Below are positions 36,071 through 48,299 of a stretch of DNA of 64,000 nt, piece after piece (position 1 is the first letter of the stretch; each line of letters starts with the position of its first letter). Location: positions 1,116,001 through 1,180,000 of the forward strand of contig JANJGN010000151.1 of assembly GCA_026770705.1 (NCBI GenBank). Direction: 5' to 3'. The stretch comes from Isurus oxyrinchus (lineage: Eukaryota). Under the pieces are notes generated by a model. That model worked only from the letters and a program-made list of their open reading frames with translations. It did not search any database and had not been told where the DNA came from. A program made the translations under genes and the position numbers.

Positions 36071-36605
36071 CCAGGCTATTGAAGAAAGAATAATTCAAAT
36101 GTACTTTTTTAACGGCATATCCTCCAGCAATTGTCTCTATTACATAATAACCCGATAAACACACTGAAACAATGCTCTGACTGAGAAACTGATTTAAGTT
36201 AATGACGCACCAAACATTCCCATCACAAATAAACAAACCGGATGGGAAATCACATCCGAGCTTTTAAAAAGCAACGTGCACAGTTTCCAAAACGTAGCTC
36301 AGTGAATCTCTCTCAATACCCATCATAATATTCTCCAATAATAGATCGTATGAAATTGTTCGAAACTAAACTGATACTGGAGAAAAGTTGCCATATTTTC
36401 CGACATGGACTGTACAAAGATTGTAAAAGAAGAACAGCTGTGGAGATAGTTACAGAGATGGGCAACTGAGTGTCACGAACTTAACAGGAGATATATATTG
36501 AACATTGAATACATTAATAACAGGAAACAGTAAAGGAAATGTTTAAAAATGATATCCTAGATTAATAAACAATCTAATTATATCTCCTCGGCTATATCCT
36601 CATAG

Positions 36606-36733
36606 ATTCCACAGACCGCATATGGATTGAAGACTCTGAGGATGATAACGGCAACATCTGGACAACCACTTCCACATTCATCATCCTCTTCTTCCTGAGC
36701 ATTTTCTACAGCGCTGCCGTCACTCTGGCGAAG
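36606..36733 (+). CDS. IGHM: IgM transmembrane exon TM1
   Basis: Acceptor catag|at. DSTDRIWIEDSEDDNGNIWTTTSTFIILFFLSIFYSAAVTLAK carries the conserved antigen-receptor TM (CART) motif. Donor aag|gtgag. An in-frame alternative acceptor exists at 36615. Confidence 0.96.
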
Positions 36734-36872
36734 GTGAGAAGATTCAATCCACTCACACTTCAAACTGACAGAAGCGGTTTGAAAAAATCTCTCAATGTTT
36801 CATTGATTAAAACTCTAACATAAATGTTCTAGATCATAACAATCTGCTTCATTATTTCATCTTCTTTTACAG

Positions 36873-36881
36873 ATCAAGTGA
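36873..36881 (+). CDS. IGHM: IgM TM2 exon (IK*), giving cytoplasmic tail KIK
   Basis: Pyrimidine tract cttcttttacag|atcaagtga; analogous to the VK* exon of vertebrate IgM. Confidence 0.9.
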   Translation: MK

Positions 36882-37295
36882 CCGGTTGAATTTTGGACAC
36901 CATAGATTTTCCTCAGCTCTTTATTGAGATTTCTGTATTCCGAATTGAAACGTGTCCTCTCGGTGACTGTAAAAATGAAATACCTTCAGTTCATGTTTCT
37001 GAATTTGTAACTAAGACAATCATGGACGGTATTTCCGTTTCTCTGTTTCAAATGTGCGAGATAATTATGATTGCATTGCAATAGCAGCTTATAATTTCCC
37101 AGTAGTTTGAATTCCCTGTGTAAATAAGTAACGTTTATCATTCCTCATTCACAATTATTCCCTTCCCTTTTTATTGAGCTCCTGTTTTCTCTTTCTGGTC
37201 TCTGTTAAGTTGTACACACAGTTGGCAGCTTAGAGCGAATGTGCTCTGTTCTCAACGTGACTCTCAGTCATTATATTCACTTCAGTTAACTTTAA

Positions 37296-37337
37296 AATAA
37301 ACTTTTCTGTAAAATGTTCCCTGAAATTGTTAATAAA
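37296..37337 (+). terminator. Candidate membrane-form polyadenylation signals
   Basis: aataaa at 37296-37301 and 37332-37337. Confidence 0.55.
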
Positions 37338-37469
37338 TCATGAATGTGAAACGAACTGACTTTGCTGAACTCCTTTCTCTCAGGCCCATCGACAAGGCTC
37401 CATTTTCCCCATTACACTGTTTTCCCCCCGTTCCCAGGCAGGTGTTTTTAACCAGTCCTGTCTGGGATG

Positions 37470-37579
37470 TGAAACAAAAAACAGCAAATGCTGGAAAAAC
37501 GCGGCAGATCTCACAGCATCTGTGGAGACAAAAAAACAGAATTAACGTTTCGAGTCCTTATGACTCTTCTTCAGAACCC
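37470..37579 (-). mobile_element. Penelope-type end with intact minimal hammerhead-like motif
   Basis: Reverse strand reads GGGTT-CTGAAGA-A-GAGTC-ATAAG-GACTC-GAAAC-GTT-AATTC. Confidence 0.75.
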
Positions 37580-37894
37580 AAGGTCCTTCAGTGAAAGAGT
37601 CAGTGCGCCACGCAGCGACTCATCGGTGTTAATACACCTTTTCCTCTGCCTTTTTACGCCAAACCTCAGATGCAGAATGATTGCACAGCGAGGAGAACCT
37701 CGGTGATTTCACTCATACTCAGGCCTGTCACAGTCACATGTCAGATAATAGTAAACAGCAGGGGTCTGCTTCATCAGATGCCCATACACGACAGCATATG
37801 TAGGACTAAAGTTTCCTTTACACAGTCCCGGTAAACACTCCCAGGGTCCGTTTAGCAGGGATTAGATAGGGACTAAAAGTTATTTTTTTCTCTT

Positions 37895-38210
37895 TATCCT
37901 TTCATGAGATGTGGGTGTCGTTGGCAAGGCCGCCCCGAACAGCCCGGCTTCCGAGGCCAATTCAGAGGGCAGTTAAGTCACATTGCTGTGGACCTGGAAT
38001 CACATGTCGGCCAGTAAAGATGGCAGATTTCCTTCACTAAATGATATTAGTGCAGCAGATGGGGTTTTTACGACAATCGGTGATAGTTCCCATGGTCACC
38101 ATTACCGAGGCCAGCTTTCAATCCCAGATTTTATGAACTGAATTCAAATTCCAGCAGCTGCCATGTTGAGATTTGAACCCGTACCGCCAGAGCATTCGCC
38201 TGGACTCTCT
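37895..38210 (-). mobile_element. SINE copy (family of 19210)
   Basis: Reverse complement of the 19210-19570 motifs (catggtcaccatt, agctttcaatcccagatttt, atttgaacc). Confidence 0.7.
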
Positions 38211-38787
38211 CTACCTTGTCCAATTAAACACTCACAAGGCAGAGACATCATAGTACATCTTCTCAAGGCAATTAGGGATGTGCAATAAATGCTGGCCTAG
38301 ACAGCCACGCCCACATCGCATAAATGAATAACAAAAAGTACACATTTAAGACAGAAGGAACAGCTGACACAAACCCAAGAATGACTCCCAGAAGCTAGGG
38401 CCGCTCTGATAAAGACACATTATCGAGCAGTAATCCTGCAAATTATTACCACAGTTTGGGGTTTATCAGAATCACCAGTGAGTACAAATCGTGGAAATTC
38501 TCAGAACGTGCGGCCTGCCTGACGCAACAAACAACTGATCTCACTCAACATCACCACAGGGATCCTCTCTCCCTGCTCCATTCTCTCTGATATCATCCTC
38601 CTGAACTCACTGAACATCACTCCAGGGATCTTCTCTCCCTGCTCCATTTCCTCTGATACCAGCTCTGATGTGAAGCTTCAACTCTCACTCCACTGATTCG
38701 CCATTGCGTTTTCAGTTTGTAACCAATAATATAAACTCTCTGTTTAAGCAGTGTGGACAGGAGCAAAGAAACCTCATTCCCACACAA

Positions 38788-38835
38788 GGCCGTGGCAGTG
38801 AATGTGCTGAATCTTGTCCACTCGGACACCAGGGG
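38788..38835 (-). pseudogene. tRNA-Glu-like relic (5' two-thirds)
   Basis: Reverse strand cccctggtgtccgagtggacaagattcagcacattcactgccacggcc aligns by eye to TCCCTGGTGGTCTAGTGG.TAGGATTCGGCGCT.TCACCGCCGCGGCC. Confidence 0.5.
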
Positions 38836-38850
38836 CGTTATCACTGTGCT

Positions 38851-38922
38851 TTAGTTAACCAGAAATTGAACGCGAGCCGCGGCAGTAGAAGTTCCGAACC
38901 CTAGCCATGAGACCAGCAGTGG
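38851..38922 (-). pseudogene. tRNA-Glu pseudogene
   Basis: Reverse strand ccactgctggtctcatggctagggttcggaacttctactgccgcggctcgcgttcaatttctggtta is collinear with vertebrate tRNA-Glu. Confidence 0.65.
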
Positions 38923-39364
38923 GGGGTTACCCCTGCAGTTTGATAAACAATACTTTGCCTTTTTTTTGCATTTTAAACCACTTTCTCCAGAGGCAAAATG
39001 ACCTATTCAGCCAATTAAAACAACCATCCCCATTGGCTAGAACATGAAATTGACAGATTGGTGTAATAGTACCAAAAGCTGTGAAATGCAAAATTCAATT
39101 TCCAAAACCCACCAATCAAATCACTGCGGTTCCTGCAAACATTTTAAGGCAGCACACGGCAGATATTCATGATGGAAAATAATTGACCAACATAAAATTC
39201 TTCCACTTTCATGTCATATTTTTTAATTCCTAATCTCCAACTCAGACATTTCCCGTTCTATTTAATACCCACATGGATCTTTAACTCTGTTTCTCGTTCC
39301 GCTGATTATGGCCGGCTTGCTATGCATTTCATGTTTTGATAAAGCCAGGAATTGGTGTTCTAAT

Positions 39365-40230
39365 AAAAACAGGGGGCGCTGAAGTTCACAGCAGGCCCGG
39401 CAGTACTGTAGAGACAGAAACAGAGTTAACTTTTCCAGACAATATGACTTCTTCAGAACTGAAGGGAGGTAGAAATGTGATGGGTTTTATGCTGCTGCCG
39501 AGGGTGGGTGGAGCAGATGGAGCAAAATAGGTCAGGGATAGGTTGGAGGTCAGGAGGGATTCAATGACAAAGATGTCATGGAACACAAGTCAAGGGAAAT
39601 GTTTATGATATCATTAAAGACTAAATCATGTGTTAATATCTAAACAAAGGTCAGCACTGACTGGAATCAAAATAGCAGAATGTGTTAATAGCAGAAAAAG
39701 GGTCGGCGCTGTCTGAAATCAAAACATGAGAACAAGATGCAGACTGGAACTTGGGGGGTTGGGGGCTGCAGGGAAATTAAAATGGAGGACAGAGTTCATA
39801 ATGTGAACTTGTTGACCTCAATGTTGAGTCCAGAAGGCTGTAGAGTGCCTTATGAGAAGATGAGGTGCTGTTCCTCCAGTTTGCGTTGGGCTTCACTGGA
39901 ACATTGTAGAAGGCCCAGGACAGAAATGTGAGCATGAGAGCAAAATGGTGAATTGAAATGACAAGTGACAGGCAGGCCTGGGTCATGCTTATCGACAAGT
40001 TTGGCAAAACGGGCAGTTGGTCTGTGTTTAGTCTCCCCAGTGTGGAGGAGACCACATTGTGAGCGGTGAATACAACAGCCTGTATTGCAAGAAGTGTAAA
40101 TCAATCTCTGCTTCACCTGGAAGGAGTGTTTGGGGCCTTGGAAGGTGAGAAGGGAGGAGGTAAAGGGGCAGGTTTTGTACCTCCTGCGATTGTATGGGAA
40201 GGTGCCATGGGAAGGGGATGAGATTTTGGG
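39365..40230 (-). mobile_element. Penelope-like retroelement remnant (GIY-YIG endonuclease end + 3' region)
   Basis: Minus ORF HGTFPYNRRRYKTCPF...QGPKHSFQVKQR...CSQCGLL-like RSQCGLLHTGETKHR (YIGET relic)...KLEEQHLIF, followed by the terminal motif. Confidence 0.85.
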
Positions 40231-40287
40231 GGTGATAAACTTTTTCAAATTAGTAATTGATTTCTGGTTGTGATATTGTTGCACAAC

Positions 40288-40352
40288 AGCGAGACCAGGG
40301 ATCAAACCTGGGCGATGAGAGCACCGAATCCCAACCATTAGGTCACCAGGGT
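40288..40352 (-). pseudogene. tRNA-Glu(CTC) pseudogene with internal deletion
   Basis: Reverse strand accctggtgacctaatggttgggattcggtgctctcatcgcccaggtttgatccctggtc. Confidence 0.65.
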
Positions 40353-40799
40353 AGTTGTGTAACATCTTGTTTCGCGAATGCAGCTGTCAATCCAAACCTT
40401 GATGGTTTCATACCATCTGGGGCCAGTAGATTCTCTCTATTCCTGCTTCTACTTAAATTACTGACATAGTTCTGCGTTGTTTCCTTTGGCTACCAGAAAA
40501 CATTGTCCAAACTTTGCCAGTCCTGTTGTTATCCCAACTACCTTTCCAGACAAATAGTTTTACGAATATTTATTTCAAAGAAAATAAGATAAATTAGATC
40601 AAACATATGTATAACATCCAACCCATTAGAAATATTGGATTCAAAGCAGCAAATAGAAATTGATTCTATAATTGCACAAAAAAAACTGGAACATACCATC
40701 GCACTGAATGAATCCATTGCCTGTTTACATGTTCCTCAGTGAAAATTTCAATCTTCCTTGACTTTGTGGCATATGGGCACTGAAAGCAGCCTGGATTCA

Positions 40800-41470
40800 A
40801 AGTATGTGTGACGATATGAAGAAGGAGCAGGAGCAGGCCACTGAGCCATTCAAGCCTGCTTTCCATGCTTCAATAAGTTCATGCCTGATCTGATTGTAAC
40901 CACCCACCGACCCCCCGATAACTTTTCATCCCCTTGTTGATCAATTATCTATCTAGTTCTGCCTTCAAAACATTCGAAGACTCTGATTCCACTGCCTTTT
41001 GAGGAAGATAGTTCCAAAGACTCACGACCCTCTGAGAGAAAAGAAATTCTCTCATCTCTGTCTTAAATGAACTATTCCTTATTTTTAACCAGTAACCTCT
41101 AGTTCTATATTATCCCACAAGAGGAAACATCCTCTCCACATTCACCCTGTCAAGGCCCCTCAGGATCTGAAAGATTTCAGTCAAGTTGCCTCTTAGCCTT
41201 TTAAACTCCAGCGGATACAAGCCTAGCCTGTCCAGCCTTTCCTCATAAGACAACCTGATCATTCTTGGTATTAGTCCAGTAAAACTTCTCTGAACTACTT
41301 CTAACGCATTTACACCTTTCCTTAAATAAGGAGGCCAGTCATCTACACAATACTCCAGATATGGTCTTACCAGAATGCTGCACAACTGCAGCATAGTCTT
41401 CTTACCTCACATTTCCCTCACATTAAATTATAACATTCTATTAGCTTTCCTAATTACTTGATGTACCTAA
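40800..41470 (-). mobile_element. CR1-clade LINE 3' fragment
   Basis: Minus ORF LVRPYLEYCV...LSYEERLDRLGLYPLEFKRLRGNL. Confidence 0.9.
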
Positions 41471-41653
41471 TAGTTCAGCTATTAAAAAATTTCTTTCAGA
41501 CCTTCTGAAGCGCTTCGCACATCCCGAAGCTATACTCCATGTTCCATCCTTGTTGCCCTGATCTGTCCTAAATCTCTTCGCAGTCTATATACTCCCCTGT
41601 ATCTTCCCCACAGCTTACAGTTCCATTGCTTTCATCAGCTAAACTTTAACTAC

Positions 41654-41725
41654 AGGCACCAGCAAGGACTGAACTCACATCACCTGGTTTCCGAGATCAA
41701 TACGTTAACCACTGGGCTTTGCCAA
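41654..41725 (-). pseudogene. tRNA-Thr-like pseudogene
   Basis: Reverse strand agcccagtggttaacgtattgatctcggaaaccaggtgatgtgagttcagtccttgctggtgcct is collinear with vertebrate tRNA-Thr (AGCTCAGTGGTTAGAGCACTGGTCTTGTAAACCAGGGGTCGCGAGTTC...CTCGCTGGGGCCT). Confidence 0.6.
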
Positions 41726-42089
41726 TGGGTCTAGCATGTACAAAGAGGTCAATCCCATCGTGCAACTTTTAAGACGGCTGTTTTTCTCTGTACCATTTAC
41801 CATGAAGATACATAACGAAAGTGAATAACGTTTGCGATGGTAAAAATGCGTTTACCCGCTCAGGGAACTGAACCACACTGACACAAGGCGAGGAACACAC
41901 ACAGACATAGACACCAATAGTGACAGAGGCCGAAGGAGAGACAAACATTCAAAACTCAAGGATGTCGCCAAATTGGCTCCACTTCTGTTCCATTTGCAAC
42001 TGCAAGTTTGGCGAATGCCTATGAATGAACAGAAATGAAAAACACACGGGATCATTTGAAAGATTCTTTAGTCAATTTCATAGATAATT

Positions 42090-42450
42090 AATTCTGTAAC
42101 TTAAGCAAATTGATATAGGGAGTGACAAGGTATTGGAGGTACTGGCAGGCTTAAAAGTGAACATATCTCCAGGTCCGGGTGCTTTGTGTCCCAGACTGCT
42201 GAGGGAGGCAAGGGAGGAGATCACAGGGGCTCTGGCCCAAATTTTTAATTCCTCCCTGGCCACGTGGGAGGTGCCAGAGGACTGGAGAGCAGCTAATGTA
42301 GTTCCGCTATTTAAGAAGGGTTGTAGAGATAAGCCAGGTAACTACAGGCCCGTGAGTCTGACGTCAGTACTAAGGAAACAATTGTAGACAATTCTGAAGG
42401 AGAGTATCTATCCACTTGGAGAGGCAAGGTTTGATCAGGGATAGTCAGCA
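42090..42450 (+). mobile_element. CR1 internal fragment (RT N-terminus)
   Basis: SPGPGALCPRLLREAREEI...PEDWRAANVVPLFKKG...NYRPVSLTSV. Confidence 0.9.
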
Positions 42451-43085
42451 CAGAAAAAGGCCCTTCGGCCCATCGAGTCTGCGCCAGTCAAACAAGTACC
42501 TAACTATTCTAATCCCATTTCCCAGCACTAGACCCAGAGCCTTGTATGCCATGGCATCACAAGTGCACGTCCAAATACCTCTTAAATGTTATCAGGGTTT
42601 CTGCCTCTACCACCCTTTCAGGCAGTGAGTTCCATGTTCCCACCACCCTCTGAGTGAAAAAATTCTTCCTCACATCCCCTGTAAACCTTCTGCCCCTTAA
42701 CTTAAATCTATGCCCCCTGGTTATTGATTCCTCCAACAAGGCGAATACTTCCTTCCTGCCTACCCTATCTATGCCCCTCATAATTTTTTTACACCTCAAT
42801 CTTGCCCCCCTCAATCTTCTCTGCTCCAGGGAAAATAACCCCAGTCTATCCAATCTCTCCACATAACTAAAATTCTCCAGCCCAGGCAACATCCTGGTAA
42901 ATCTTCTTTACACTCTCTCTAGTGCAATCACATCCTTCCTATAATGCAGATTCCAGAACTGCATGCAATACTCTAGCTGTGGCCTAACCAGCGTTTTATA
43001 CAGTTCCAGCATAACCTCCCTGCTCTTATATGCTATGCCTCGGCTAATAAAGGCAAGTTTTCCATATGCCTTCTTAACCACCTGT
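42446..43085 (-). mobile_element. CR1 3' fragment, opposite orientation
   Basis: Minus ORFs KKAYGKLAFISRGI...LEYCMQFW and LFSLEQRRLRG...FFTQRVVGTWNSLP. Confidence 0.92.
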
Positions 43086-43974
43086 TCTTTGTCAAAATTG
43101 TGATTTGGGATCTTGTACATCCAAGGGCAGACGAAGCCTCAGTTTAACATCTCGTCAAAAAGGCATGTTACACTCGAAAGGTTGTGACTCCATCCGTATT
43201 GCACTGGAATCTCAGCCTAGGCTGTTGTGCTCCTGTCTGGCAATGGTGTTTGAGCTCACAATTTTCTAAATTAGAGGAAAGAGTGGGACCAGCTGACCCA
43301 TGGAAGACTAAACAATTCAACTTAATGTATCTGGTGGAAGGATTAGAGAAAAGCTGTAGAGTAATTTATTTCACACAGGAGGTGGTGGGGGTTAGGACCT
43401 CACTGCCTGAGCTGATCAAAGAGGCAGAAACCACCATTGAAGTAAAGGAACTAACACATGGAAAAGCATTTGTGGTGCTGTAACCTACAAGGCTATGGAG
43501 CAAGAGCTAAAACATGGGATAAGGCTGGATTGCTCCTATTGTACTGACATGGACATGATGGATCGAATGGTCTCCTTCTGGATCATAAATATTTCTGTTT
43601 CATTGTTTCAATGCTTCAATTGATGATTTTCTTTCCCCTTTGCCAGTTGTGTATTTGCTTAATTAAATACTTCCATAAGGCAATGGAGAAGAAGGATTCA
43701 GTTTCCAACGTGGAGCAGAAGAGCAATGGATCAACAGTGAAACAACACATTTCCAATCAGAGCCGAAATCGGTGATAGAAACAGAATGGTTCTCCCACCT
43801 TTAGTTTCTTCACTAGTCCAAATACCATTCCATTCCATTCGCATTGCTTTTGCCTGGTATCCTCATCCCTGATGTTATTTATTCTCTTCTGCCTTCCACC
43901 CAATCACACTCTCTCCTGCTATTAACGTCTTTAATAATAACTTCTAACGTTTACCTTGACATCTGTCAAGGTCA

Positions 43975-45240
43975 CCATGATTTTCGGAAAGTGGAATCAT
44001 GTTTAACCAAGTTATTGGAGTTCTTTGAAGAAGTCACATGTGCTGTGGATAAAGGGGAACCGGTGGATGTACTGTACTGAGATTTCCAGAAGGCATTTGA
44101 TAAGGTGCCACATCAAAGGTTATTGTTGAAAATAAAAGCTCATGGTGGAGGGGATAACATATTGACATGGATAGATGATTGCATTAATCGGTCATTTTCT
44201 GGTTGGCAAGATGTAATGAGTGGTGTGCCTCAGGAATCAGAGCCGGGCCTCAATTTTTTACAATTTATATAAATGACTTGAATGAAGGGACCGAATAATG
44301 GTTGTAAAATTTGCTGATGACACAAAGAAAAGTAGGAAAGTGAGGTGTGAAGAGGACATAAGGAGGCTGAAAAGGATATAGACAGGTTACGTGAGTGAGC
44401 AAATATCTGGCAAATGGAGCATAATGTGGACAAATGTGGAATTGTCAAATTTTGGCAGGAGGAATAAAAAGGCAGCTTATTACCTAAAATGGTGAGAGAG
44501 CTCCGAGATGCAGATGGGTCGTGGTGTCTGAGTGCATGAATCACAAAAGGTACAGCAAGTAATTAGGAAAGCTAATAGAATGTTATCGTTCATTGTGAGG
44601 GGAACTGAACATAAACATTGGGAGGCTATGCTTCAGTTTACAGGGCAGTGGTGAGACCATACACAGAGTACTGTGTACAGTACTGTTCCCCTTATTTAAG
44701 AAAGGATGTAAATGCGTTGGAATCAGTTCGGAAAAGGTTTACTAGGCTAATAGCTGGGATGGGCACATTGTCTTCTGAGGGAAGGGTGGACAGGCTAAGC
44801 TTATATCTGCTGGGGTTTAGAAGAGTAAGATGCGACTTTATTGAAACATATAATATCCTGAGGACCCTTGAGAAGCTGAATGCGAAAGGGATGTTTCCTC
44901 TTGTGGGAGAATTTTGAATTAGGTGTGACTGTTTGAAAATAAGGGTCACTCACTTAAGATAGAGATGACAAGTTTGTTTTTCTTTCAGAGGGCCATGAGT
45001 CTTTGTATCATCTTTTCCCGAAAAAGCGATGGAAGTAGAGTCTTTGAACATGTTTTTTAAACAGAGGTAGATAGGTTCTTGATTAGCAAGGGGATGAAAG
45101 TTTATCGGGGGTAGGCAGGAATGTGGAATTGAGGTTACAATCAGATTATCCATGATCTTATTGAATGGCTGAACAGGCTTGAGGGGCTGAGTAACCTACT
45201 CCTGTTCCTAATTTGTATGTTTCTCTGTTCGTATGTTTGC
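43975..45240 (+). mobile_element. CR1-clade LINE (decayed)
   Basis: SCLTKLLEFFEEVT..., gatttccagaaggcatttgataaggtgcc (DFQKAFDKVP), tttgctgatgacacaaag; (gtatgttc)-like tail. Confidence 0.92.
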
Positions 45241-46539
45241 AATGTTCTTTCCCTCTCCTCCTTTCCCTGTCTGTGTACTTTCTTGAAATTTATTATAGCT
45301 TTCTTTTTCTATTTCATTTGATAGTTCACGGACCTGAAGCATTCACAGTGGAAAGGGAAACAAGGTGAATGTTTCAGCTCGTTGACATTTTATCCAAACT
45401 GGAAGAATTTAGAGATTCAATAGTTTAGCAGCAAGTACAGAGTTAGGAGAAAGAGAGGGGGAGAGGAGGGAAGAACATCTGGAGAGATTAAATTACAAAG
45501 TGCTTCAAGACAAAAGTGTGTGATAATGAGACAAGTAAATAAACTAATGGGGCAAAAGAAGAAACAAAAAACACGTCCAGAGTGGGTTCATATGGTAACA
45601 GCAGAACTATATACTTAAGACCAAGAGTGATAGATTCAATACATTTTCATCTGGAAAATGTAAAGAAGAAGTGTACATGAATTGCAACTGCTCCATATCA
45701 TTGCTCGGCAATAATATTAACAACTTAACCTGGCCTCGTGTCACCACACTGAAATCCTGCCATTCTCAGACAGCTGTTCTTCATGTCATTATTGATGGAT
45801 AAACAGCCCACTGTTTCACTGTAAGGTAACTTTGTAGGTGCTCCGTAGTGTTACAGACTAGCTCATTGGATCTGCTTATTCCATCCCATCTCATATTTAG
45901 CTAAGGCGGAAAATTAATAAAATAGTGAAACATGCAGTGATTTGTGCACAGTGGTGAGTTCGTTGCTCAGATAAGCTGAGGTCTCCATATTATAACATGC
46001 ATTTAGAAGCGATGCAAGAAGCGAGGGATGGAGGCAATGCACGAAAGATTTATTGGATGAATGCTATAGCTTACAGGTAATACCTGTCAAGAAATAGTGA
46101 ACAGGCTGGAGATGTTTATTGTGGAAACGTGAGTGAGAAGTGACTTGATCAGGGAATTTAAATCGCATAAGTGTTTTTACAGGTTAGACAGCTAGAAGAT
46201 GTTCCCACTTGTGCAAGGACGAAAATAAATACAACTTAGTAATGAATCTAATGCGCAGTTCAAGAGAAACTTCCTTAACCAGAGATAAAAACAGAAAATG
46301 CTGGAAATACTCAGCATATCTGGCAGTATCTGGGGAATGAGAAACAGACTCAACGTCTGTGTAATGATGCAATGCAGTTCTAAGGAAACGTCATAGACCT
46401 TAAATATAAACGATGTTTCCCTTTTTACAAACACAACACGTCTGCTTAGTGTTTCGATTCAACAATTTCGACTCTGGATGGCTGGATGTTTACCCAGCAT
46501 TCTCAGTGGGGAAGAATGTGTCCTTTCCAGGCGAAAGGG

Positions 46540-47250
46540 AGCTTGCTGCGCAGGCGTACTACCGAGCTGGAAGTTTAGCATGCGCAATGCAGTCCCTGAC
46601 TAGTCCATGCGCAGTGCGAGTTGTGCCTGGAGTTCGGCGAAGGGGACAAACAATCGAGTGCGGTTGAATAATGGAGCCACTGGGTGGGTGGAGAGGATTA
46701 GAACCATCGGAGTGGGCGGGGAGGATTCATAAACACCTGGTGGAGGCCTCAAACCCTCCACTACGAAGCTACCGATTCTGCATTTGCGCGGGACGGGACG
46801 ACGGCTGTTCGCCTGCTCTGGGTCACAGGCCGCCATCTTTACCAGGGGCGAGGTGCAGTATGGCGCATGCGCGGTCATCCCTGTCAGCAGGAGGAGAGGA
46901 TGTTGTGAATTCCTACCTTGAACTGACCGGGATGGATTTTGAAAGCTCCTTTTACAGGGGGTTAGAAGGGGACGATTTAGACACAGCAAACTCAAACCAA
47001 GAGTAATGTTTGTCTCTTCTAAATTTCTATACTAGACTGACAATAAAAGTCTTTGTAAATTTATTTTACAGGGTTATTAGAAATGGAGGTTTGACAGACG
47101 GGAAACTCAAACCAAATGTCACATCCAGATGTGACAGTCACTCAATTCATCAGAACCTGAATATCATCAGCATCTGAATGTGGAGTGAAAGAGGTTTGTC
47201 TGTTCTGTCTGTAGAAAGGCACCAAGATGCAGAAACCCTGGTTAGCCCAC
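46540..47250 (+). promoter_or_regulatory. CpG-rich promoter/5' module of a C2H2 ZNF gene family member (coding array missing locally)
   Basis: NRF1-type gcgcatgcgc 46863-46872 and YY1-type cgccatctt 46831-46839. The tttacaggg...aaactcaaacc blocks are homologous to those preceding the ZNF exons at 50.5 kb (+) and 55.7-56.2 kb (-). Confidence 0.6.
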
Positions 47251-47489
47251 ACCTAGATAATACAAAAAAAAAACTGCGAATGCTGGAAATCCAAAACAAA
47301 AACAGAATTACCTGAAAAAACTCAGCAGGTCTGGCAGCATCGGCAGAGATAATACGTTCAGTTTTGTGCAACAAACCTAAGGAAGGATAGAATGGTCATG
47401 AAGAGAGTGTAGCACAGATTTACCTGATTGATAACTGAACGCCATGGGTTTAATTACAAAATGAGATGGCAGGGAAGACCCACAGAGTC

Positions 47490-48050
47490 ATTATGGCACA
47501 GAGGCCATTTGGCCCATTGAGCCCATGCCAGCTCTCCAGAGCAATCCAGTGAGACCTATTCCTCTGCTTGACATCCCTGTATCCTTGCAAGTTTATTTCC
47601 GTCAAGTGCCTATTCTCCCTCACATCCCCCTGTATCCCTTACCCAAAAATTTAAACCTGTGCCTCCTAGTCCTTGTACAATCAACTGATGGGAATAGATT
47701 TTCTTTGTCAATCTTATCTAAAGCTTATCTATCAATCTACCCTCCGCTCTTTGCTAGAACCATTCAGTTAAATCTCCTCTGCACCTTCTCAAGGACCTTT
47801 ACATCTTTCCTGAAGTGTGGTGATCAGAACTGGACACAAATACTCGGGCTGTGGCCTAATCAGAGCCTAACAAAGATTCAGCATAACTTCCTTGCTTTTG
47901 TACTCAATAGCTCTATTTAAGAAGCCCAAGATTCCAAATACTTTGCTAACTGCTCTCTTAATCTATCCTGTCACCCTCAAAAAATCTCTGCACATAAAGG
48001 GCCAGATCCCTCTGACTCGGTACACTGTTTTGACCTGTGCCATGAGGCCG
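47490..48050 (-). mobile_element. CR1 3' fragment (decayed)
   Basis: gaggccatttggcccattgagcccatgcc 3'-end motif and cagaactggacacaa (QFWSP, reverse). Confidence 0.75.
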
Positions 48051-48299
48051 CTATTGTCTTTCTCTCTCTATCCTTCCTGTCAAATTCCATCACCTCGCTG
48101 TGAGGGTTGTAATCCCTGAAATTTAGAAGATTAACAGGTGATTTGATTCAAGTTTTCGGGATATTAATTGGAGCTGACAGGGCAGACAGAGGAACTATTT
48201 CCACTGCTTGGGGAATCTAGGACGAGTGAGCGGAGTCCAAACATAGAATCAGGTTCCAGCACCTTTTCAGGTAGAGAGTTCCAGATCCTGATACCTCTC

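Noticed and set aside
21473-36881. IgNAR or IgW identity
   Set aside because: V has a full FR2/CDR2, there are four C domains including a CH1 with the light-chain Cys, and the tailpiece and TM match IgM.
45838-45875. Possible tRNA-Arg 5' relic (gctccgtag...tagctcattgga)
   Set aside because: Too short and degenerate to support by eye.
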